Shown: positions 56,531 to 64,000 of the stretch, piece by piece
Position numbering within the stretch: the stretch's first letter is position 1
How the letters are laid out: the number at the start of each line of letters is the position of its first letter
Assembly (NCBI GenBank): GCA_000091205.1
Contig: AP006499.2
Source of the DNA: Cyanidioschyzon merolae
Lineage: Eukaryota
Length of the DNA stretch: 64,000 bases
Reading direction: 5' to 3' (one strand)
Made by a program: the position numbers and the translations under genes
Notes under the pieces: model-generated
Database searches by the model: none
What the model saw: only the letters and a program-made list of their open reading frames with translations
Told to the model about the DNA's origin: nothing

Positions 56531-58094
56531 TGGGCGCATCGCCCCGTTAAAAACGCGCAAAGCACAGTGCCTCGACACAAGTCTACCCGTCGCGCACCGA
56601 GGCTAGGCGCAAGGCCGCTGGCGACGCCTTGGCTGGCCTGGTGTCGCTGCGCTCCGGAGACATCGACTCAGGTACCGAGTGTGGTGCCTGCGCAGACGCC
56701 GAGCGCCCCGTTACGAATAGAGAACGCACCGGTGAGCGTTCAAAGACCCCAGCAGACCGACAAGCATCCGCAAGTAGTCGACCGGCAGGTGTAAATACCC
56801 CAACGATCCAGCGCGTTGTTGTGGCAGCAGCAGTATCAGCGTCTCGTTCGGCTAACGTTGGTTGTAGAGACGCCAGCGGCACATACGGTTCAACACGAAT
56901 CACGCCCGTGCTTCCATACAGGTCGAACAGACCAAAGGAAGTTGTGCTAGTGTGCAGGACGTTACTAGGTCGAGTGCAGCGTCCCGCCCCGAGTTCGGTG
57001 GCGGCTCCAGCCACTCGGCCGGGAAAATACTGGCCAGCGAAAGCACTGCCTAAGCCACGAGCGCGACTGATGACCCAACGACCAAAACGCGCCTTTCTAA
57101 TAAAACGAGTTTGATCAGGCGCAACAAGTCCCGTCGAAGCCGCGTCACCAGCTGTTGGAGACTCGTGTCGCCAATGGCGTCGCGGTCCAGGCACGCTGGT
57201 AGTCGCTGCACTGGCACTGGTGTCGGTACCGGCAGTCGCTGCACTTCAGGGTCGCCCAACGCAGCCGCTTCCTCTTCATCCAGCGTCGTAACCAAGGTCC
57301 CGAAGCAGTCTACCTGCCCAAAGCTATGTTTCGCAAAGTAACTGGCAACCACCGGCTCAAGTCGACTCGCTAGAAGCGCATACAGCGGCCAACGACTCAA
57401 CAGTAGCACAGACTTTTGGACGAGACCTCGGGCTGTTGCAACAGCCTCCTCCTCAGCGCTAGCGATGCGACTGCAGTCCATCTGATGCTATCGGTAACAA
57501 GCTACACCGTACAACGTGTCGACAGTGACGCCCTGCCGAACCGTGAGGTACACCGTGTCGTGCTCGCGTCCATGCGCACCGTCGGGAAGCGCTCGCACGG
57601 CCACCTCGCGAAGCCAGTCGTTGTCAAGGTTCTGCGCTGAAGCTCCGGAGCGATCTTCTGTCTGGTTCACTTGCCAGTTCACCGACAACTCATCCGCTAA
57701 CTCAGCACACTCGACTTGGTACTCGTGCTTGGCGTGAAACCTGAACGCAAACCCGCGTTCACCGAACGGATCCGCAAAGCGCACGGCCGGTCGATCGTCG
57801 AGACGCCGCCCTCCTGCCCCATGCGATCTAGGCAGCGGGTATCGCTCTGTGCACAGAAGCGCGTTAAAACGGGTAGGCGTCGACTTCAGTGCAGCGGTGC
57901 AGCGAGGTATCCGTCTGAGTTGACTGAAAGCAGTTCGTGTCATGGAGACACGGTCGGCGGTCAGCGGGAAGGAAACCACGCAGATAACACCGAGCGGCAG
58001 GGGTGCAACACGCGCACCTGAGGGCCGTCACGCGTCCGTGGGCGCTGCAGCTGCTCGTGACGCGACCCTCGTGTTCCCCGAGGCACCGAAACGC

Positions 58095-58568
58095 ATGAGC
58101 CCTATGGCAACACGTCGTCTGCATAAAGAGCTCTCGGACTGGCACCTTTCGGGGCGGACCGCGGAGAGTAACCCACAGCCGGCCATCTTTCTGGAAACCC
58201 CGGTGACGCGCCTCGACGAGTGGTTTGTCTCCCTGCGCGGCGTCGAGTCGACGCTCTACGCAGGTGAGGTCTACCGTTTACGATTTCGCTTTCCCAGTGA
58301 TTACCCCATCGAAGCACCGGAGGTGGTGTTTCTGGGAAATCCGCCGGTTCACGAACACGTGTACTCGAACGGTCATTTGTGTCTATCGATTCTCTACGAT
58401 AACTGGTCGCCAGCGCTGACTGTCAACTCGGTGGCACTCTCTATTCAAAGCATGCTGAGCAGCGCAACTCAGAAACGACGCCCGCCAGATAACGATGCAT
58501 ACGTGCGAAACTGCCGAGGCAGGTCGCCGAAGCACACGCGCTGGCTCTTCCACGACGATGGGGTTTGA
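58095..58568 (+). CDS. UBE2W: ubiquitin-conjugating enzyme E2 W (UBE2W-like)
   Basis: 'RLHKELSDW', 'HEHVYSNGHLCLSILYDNWSPALTVNSVALSIQSMLSS' and 'KRRPPDNDAYV' are near-identical to the human UBE2W core ([38 protein letters not shown]). The ORF is open from 57942; the likely start is MSPMATRRL. Confidence 0.88.
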   Translation: MSPMATRRLHKELSDWHLSGRTAESNPQPAIFLETPVTRLDEWFVSLRGVESTLYAGEVYRLRFRFPSDYPIEAPEVVFLGNPPVHEHVYSNGHLCLSILYDNWSPALTVNSVALSIQSMLSSATQKRRPPDNDAYVRNCRGRSPKHTRWLFHDDGV

Positions 58569-59285
58569 AACCGGTGCGCATCTCGCTGCTCCGAGCACAG
58601 CAGCGCGCACCATTGTCTCGACCAGGCATGCTCGAGCGGTTGCAAGCGTTCATTCGGAAGACTCGGTATCCATCGTGGATGTGTGTTCGGCGAACCCGGC
58701 TCGATGTCGCCGTCAACGCGCGACGCTCGGGCGCGCACCGCGACATCCAGCGAGCAACACCGGCGCCTATCGAACGCACCGCTCAGGAGCGTATCGTTGC
58801 CAAATCTGGATGCGGGCAGCGAATCGATACTGGGGCATCCGGGGGGCGGGCGGGAACCTGGAACCCCGAACACTGCGACAAGCCGGACATTGGTGTCGTG
58901 AGTGGCGCGGCGAGCGATATCACGCACGCGCGGGATGCTGAGAACGCTCCTGGACATTAGTGGTCAGGGATTTGGAGCTGGCTGCGTTGCTTGATCAGAT
59001 CGGTACCGTTGAACAGCGGGTACGGTGCCCGAATGATCATTGGGTAGCCTGGAACGATGTTCCCGAAGCGACGCTCTGCGACCGCAGCGCGACACGCTTT
59101 GGCACGTCCAGGGCAAGGCATCGTGTCCGGGTCGCCAGTCAATGGTGCCAGGTGCTGACCGCCCGCCGCCTGTGGTGATGTGTGCGGAGTGGCACCTGCG
59201 CCACCGCGTTGACAGCGGTGGCTACGTCAGACGCGGTTGTGGTTTGGAATCACGCGTGCACAAAATGCATCGCGTTGTAAGTGAC

Positions 59286-59330
59286 GGTGGTGGCGGCGGT
59301 GGCGGCGGTGGCGGCGGCGGCGGCGGCGGT
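59286..59330. repeat. (GGC/GGT)n microsatellite
   Basis: ggtggtggcggcggtggcggcggtggcggcggcggcggcggcggt. Confidence 0.9.
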
Positions 59331-59719
59331 TTGAATCTATCGTAAGCATCCGCACTGAACATGCTCAGATGCTTGACGAGTGGCGTCCATGTGCCCGGTG
59401 ATTTGGGATGTAGTTTGTACCTCCATTGCCGCCTAGTCAACTGAGGTCCGTAGTTCGCAGGGATGCGATTCGCGAACGCTGACGTTGCGGATACATTCGA
59501 ACGCGATCGACCCGCGCTCATCTGCAGTTGCAGCGTTTTACGAAATGGTCCCTGGTGAGCCTCGTGCAAGCGCAGTCCGCAAATCCCGAGTTTGCGGACA
59601 CCCTGAAACATCATCGCTGCGCGTAAAACGCACCAGCTTTGCAAATAGCGCTGAGCCGTGTATCGCGTCAGGGTCTGAGCCATGTCAGCGGAAAAGGCAG
59701 GCCTGTGCGATGATGTCGG

Positions 59720-61000
59720 ATATCGTGGATTTGCTGAGACAGTTGTCGCACAGGTACCCGCTGGCATGGAATCACGGCCGCTAGCCCCGTGCCAGATGAA
59801 AATGGAACGCTGAACTGCTCGCTCTGTTCCTGAGCTTCGTCGTTGCTTCTGAAGATTTCATAGATATACAGGATCGATTTTCGAGGTCCAGCGACAGGGG
59901 TTTACGGATTCATGCGTTGATGGAGGATCCTCGGTTGTAGCTTAGGAGTGGCCTCTTCAACGCTTTGCTCCTGAAATTCGATATGTCTCGGGAATCGAAA
60001 TGATTCCTGATGCCCTAGAACAAAGTTTCATAAAATACCCACCATCATGATAAAATTTACAAGTCGAAGCTTCGATTCGACTGCTTTCCTTACGTGTAGC
60101 ATGCTCAGATCACGCTTGCTCCAAGTTTTCGGCCTTTATGATTCAGGGCCAATCGCGGGCACAGCACTGCGCGCCGCAGCATCGATGACCACGAAAAAAT
60201 ACATCGATCTCCTCTCTTGACGGCTTGTCCGGGTGCTCATGCAGAGAGTTCACTGAATCCGCCGGGGGTAAATACCGGATACCATTCGAAAAGAAAATTC
60301 GTTTGTCTTTGTGACGATCGATTGTACGGGATTCGAAAGAGACAGCACGATACTTCTGACGGGATATGCTCCAAAGGGTCACCGTCTCTGCTGGAGCTGT
60401 TGTGAGAGGTCTTACGCTCGGAGTTCGTTCATCGTCGAGATCGCTTCCAGTGGCGATTCCGTCATCGTTTTCCACATAGGGAGCGTAGACGAATCGGGAT
60501 TTCTCGACTTTATTCTCCAGCCGAGAAATTTATCCTTACAGTACTTGCTTCATCATGGACAAGATCGCGTTCCAGAAATTCTCTATCGAATGCGACAGCC
60601 TGCGCTTGGGCGCGCAGCGTACTCGCCAAGGGCTTCGCCCGGAAGATGCCCCCGGTTATAGGGTATTGCGCCAGGTGCGGACGCTGAGGCATGCAGCGGG
60701 TGAGCCTTCTGTTCCTGGCAAAGGCATGCACACAGCACTGAAGCAAGCGTCAACACAGGGCAGTGCTCTGACAAGGAGGATGGAGTGTAGTGTGCATACG
60801 GGAACGCCTAACCAAAGCCATGTGTCATCGTTTCGATTGGCGCACCCAGGCTCTGTACAACGACAATGAACATGGCAAGCGAAGCGCAGATCGGTACCTT
60901 TCCCTGTTCATGAACTACGTTGACAGCAGACGGAAGCTGCGAATTCGGAAGTTGAACGCTGCAGGCAACATCCCTTGAATGCTGATAGCGGCGCTTGAGC
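59720..61000 (+). repeat. dispersed ~1.3 kb repeat family, copy B
   Basis: Collinear with 17380-18720 along its whole length, and with 51490-52790. Minus-strand ORFs 60143..60475 and 60510..60746 are conserved in copy C. Confidence 0.8.
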
Positions 61001-61716
61001 GACAAACGAGACTAGTGTGCTTTAAGACGGAGGCGAGCGAGGAAATGAAAGCAGACTTGGCGGGAAAAAGCCCGCAATGGCTGGTGTTGGTGACACTTGG
61101 ACGAGGCCCGAGCGCCCACATGTAAGCCGGAGCTGGTGCTCACATTCCATTCTGTTCTGGCATCGGCACAGCCGCGACCAATACGTTCCGTTTAATCGTC
61201 GAGTCCCATGTAGTGCATGCCTTCTCGCCAAAACGATTCGTCGTGACGCAACGCCATGCTGCAGGATGGATCATGCGTAATCGAGCACATCCTGGTGCCA
61301 TACAGCCGCGTCATTTCCATAGATTCGACGACGCGGTATCGCCATAGCGACACTACGGCAGTCGGCTGCACGATGTACACGGGAGGCGCCGCGTTCGCAT
61401 CGCCCATCCGTCGAATGCCGCTCACCCCGCAAAATCGTGCGTTTCCAGACGCTCACAGCAAGTAGGACGCGGTCATGTATGGCCATGTGTCAAGCCACGT
61501 GAATCGGAAGCAGGAACTGTGCCACTACACGATTCGAAGCCGAATCCTTGCATGGGGATAAAGACTGCGCCTCGCCTTTAGCTCCAAAAGTGTGGCGTTC
61601 GGTCTGTTCGGCCGCCGTCTCTACTTGCATCTCTGGCGGATGCTCGAATGCACCAGCGAAATTTGACGTAGCTGCCTAGTCTTCAGATAAACGCTCCTGC
61701 AGCGTGCATCTTGCGC

Positions 61717-63336
61717 TTACAGGGTCGGTGCCTGCCGCGATGCTCCGGCCGCAGCCTCGCATCCGAGGCGTGACAACCCACGCTGTGACATGGTTCGTAC
61801 GCACGCGCACATTTCATCCTCCATTTTGTTCTCCTGTACGATTCTAGAGGCCGTCTGTAAAATCTTTTCTTTTGGCAGACTACGGAAAGGTCGAAGTTCG
61901 AAACCAATTCGCTTCGCCTGGACCTGCTCCAGCGCAGTGTCCAGCTCGGAAGGCCACTCGTACGCAGTGTTGTCACCCGTTGTCTGGTCCGCACTGACGC
62001 TTTCCATGCATTTCGCATTCGTATTCGTTTCCGCGGTAGGCAGTGGCGCGGTTCGTTGAGGGCTCGGTCCCGGATGGTAGTGCATCCGAATCTCGGCACG
62101 GAATAGATCTCGCAATCGCTCAGCGTCCAGGCGAGTGTTCTCGAAACCAAAGTCGCCCGCATCCCAGACTGGGACTGTATACGAAGGCGCTCGACCGCCA
62201 TCAACATCATCAAAATATGGATGAGAGAGCGCCTCGGCGGCCGTCAGCCGCAACCGTGGGTTCACGCACAGCATCTGACGCAAAAGATCGACGGCATGCG
62301 GCTCCGCTGTTGGGAACAGGCTCCCCAGATCCACCGGAGGTCGCTCAGGCATACGACGCAGATACTCACGCACCTGAGGAGAACGAAACTCTCGAACAGA
62401 ATGCGCATCCGGTTTGCCAAGCAATCGAGTGATGAGGTCCAGTTGATCCAGTCCGTCTTTGCCGATAAAGAGCGGTCGGCCGCCAGAGAGCATCTCCGCA
62501 AAGATGCACCCAGCCGACCAAATGTCAATTGCAGTACTATAATGGGTGTAGTTGCATAGAAGAAGCTCTGGCGCTCGATACCAGCGTGTTTCCACATAGC
62601 CCGTCCATAGAACGAGATTCTCGGGCTCTCGCAGCTTCGCAGCGCGCGCCAGCCCAAAGTCGCAGATACACAGGCGCACGGTATTCGGCATATTCGTGAC
62701 CAGCAGATTATCCGGCTTCAAATCTCGGTGATATATACCCGCTGCGTGCATGTATTGTAAGCCGCACAACAGGTCGTAAAGCAGCTTCTTGACTAGTCTA
62801 TTGCGATATGCCGTCGTCAACTGCGAGTTGGTGTACAGGATCGCATTCGCGCGCCGCAGTGTCGCCGGCAGATACTCAAGAATAATGAACACGTCATCGA
62901 AGCGCAGCGTGTCCCTGGGCATCAATACATCCAAAATCTGAACGATATTCGGGTGGCCGCGCAACAGACGCAACAACTTGAGTTCCCGGAGTACGCGAAT
63001 CGCCTCGGGTGGGTGCTCAAACACGTTGCGAATGTGCTTGATGGCTACATCTCGGCCGCTGAGCGTATCTCGGGCCCGATAGACCTCACCATAGGCACCG
63101 CGGCCCACGAGGCACTGGAACGTATACCGCTGGGAGGAAAGAGCTGCAACGCCAAGCGCTGCCGCGTTCGGTACGGTTGTTGTTTCGGTTCGAGCACCTT
63201 GCGGCGGTGGCGTTCGCTGCTGCGACATCCGCTTGTCCACTGTATTCGTCAAAGAATATCGTCTAGAGATAGGTGCTGGCTTCCAGAGCCCAGGATCCGG
63301 TGAACGCTTCTCGTTGTTCGTGCAGCGATCGTCCAC
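61717..63336 (-). CDS. MAP-kinase-like Ser/Thr protein kinase (CMGC group, TGY activation loop) with C-terminal extension
   Basis: 'LVGRGAYGEVYRARD...VAIK', 'HRDLKPDNLL', 'DFGLAR', activation loop 'TGYVETRWYRAPELLL' and 'DIWSAGCIFAEM'. Confidence 0.85.
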   Translation of the reverse strand: MDDRCTNNEKRSPDPGLWKPAPISRRYSLTNTVDKRMSQQRTPPPQGARTETTTVPNAAALGVAALSSQRYTFQCLVGRGAYGEVYRARDTLSGRDVAIKHIRNVFEHPPEAIRVLRELKLLRLLRGHPNIVQILDVLMPRDTLRFDDVFIILEYLPATLRRANAILYTNSQLTTAYRNRLVKKLLYDLLCGLQYMHAAGIYHRDLKPDNLLVTNMPNTVRLCICDFGLARAAKLREPENLVLWTGYVETRWYRAPELLLCNYTHYSTAIDIWSAGCIFAEMLSGGRPLFIGKDGLDQLDLITRLLGKPDAHSVREFRSPQVREYLRRMPERPPVDLGSLFPTAEPHAVDLLRQMLCVNPRLRLTAAEALSHPYFDDVDGGRAPSYTVPVWDAGDFGFENTRLDAERLRDLFRAEIRMHYHPGPSPQRTAPLPTAETNTNAKCMESVSADQTTGDNTAYEWPSELDTALEQVQAKRIGFELRPFRSLPKEKILQTASRIVQENKMEDEMCACVRTMSQRGLSRLGCEAAAGASRQAPTL

Positions 63337-64000
63337 TGTGCCCCAGGTACCTCGAAGGCACGAGTCAGTTCAAGGCATGCAATCGATAGTTCAGAATTGT
63401 TCGAACTAGAGATTTGCACTCTTCCTTGGTCTTTTCTCAAAAACAGTATGAAGAGAATCTGCTGCCAAACTCGCCTGGAGCTGGATTCGAGCTAGGTCAG
63501 CATATGCCGTACCGGGGCGAGGTCTGGGGCCCGTTTGAGCCTGCCCACTCGCTGGACAGCACTTGCCAACGAGATGCACTGACACGCCCTACGCTGCTTA
63601 TCAGTTCAGCTCAGGAAATGCGGTTTTGCTGCGAACGCCCCCTGGGCCGTGGCGCAAGTCCACAGGCTGTATGAAGCCACCGGTAACGCTCGTCGTCGCG
63701 CCGGCTGGTGCGCGCATCCCGCACAGCCTCGAGCGACCGTGCGCAAGCGCACAGCGTTGCTGTTCATCGGTCGCTGGAGCGCAACAACAGCGACGGCATC
63801 GACAACGACAACGGCGAGATATACACGGCATTGCTTGTGTTGTGGGCATTTGCGGGATGCTCGAAACTCGGCGTATTGCTGAATCGATAGAGTCTCTACT
63901 TCCGAGAAATACACCGCCCTGCGAACGGAGGTATGCAGGTTTGTTCCGAGATGGACTGCTCCTCCTCTCTGGTCTCCGATAGCATCCGCGCATCGCGAGC

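Overview
This is a GC-rich, gene-dense, apparently intron-poor eukaryotic nuclear window. The lineage cannot be fixed from sequence alone; the features are compatible with an oomycete or other stramenopile, or an early-diverging fungus. About 15 host genes are recognisable by motif-level similarity: PEX19 (C-terminal CaaX), ORMDL, glutamate 5-kinase, gamma-glutamyl phosphate reductase, peptidyl-tRNA hydrolase, lipoate-protein ligase, UCH-L3-type deubiquitinase, AP-3 delta adaptin, a PLP Orn/Lys/Arg-type decarboxylase, GALT, FPGS, an exosome RNase-PH subunit, UBE2W, a TGY MAP kinase, and a Ydc2/Cce1-like RuvC-fold nuclease. The most notable content is a ~2.7 kb mobile-element family present in three decayed copies (about 790-3545 on +, 23445-26065 on -, 53700-56530 on -). 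Its long ORF has TnpB/Fanzor hallmarks: a RuvC-I '[15 protein letters not shown]', a 'VDEFRTSYTH..C..C' segment, a RuvC-III 'NRDFNAALNI', and a basic NLS-like N-terminus. It also carries a conserved non-coding tail beyond the stop codon (omega-RNA candidate) and an internal variable-copy acidic 26-29 aa tandem repeat. Each copy sits 20-50 bp upstream of, and co-oriented with, a host gene ATG. A second dispersed repeat family of ~1.2-1.3 kb occurs in three same-orientation copies. There are also two promoter-proximal tandem satellites (109 bp x5 and 88 bp x9), a Tc1/mariner-like transposase remnant in an AT-richer gene-poor block, and several microsatellites.
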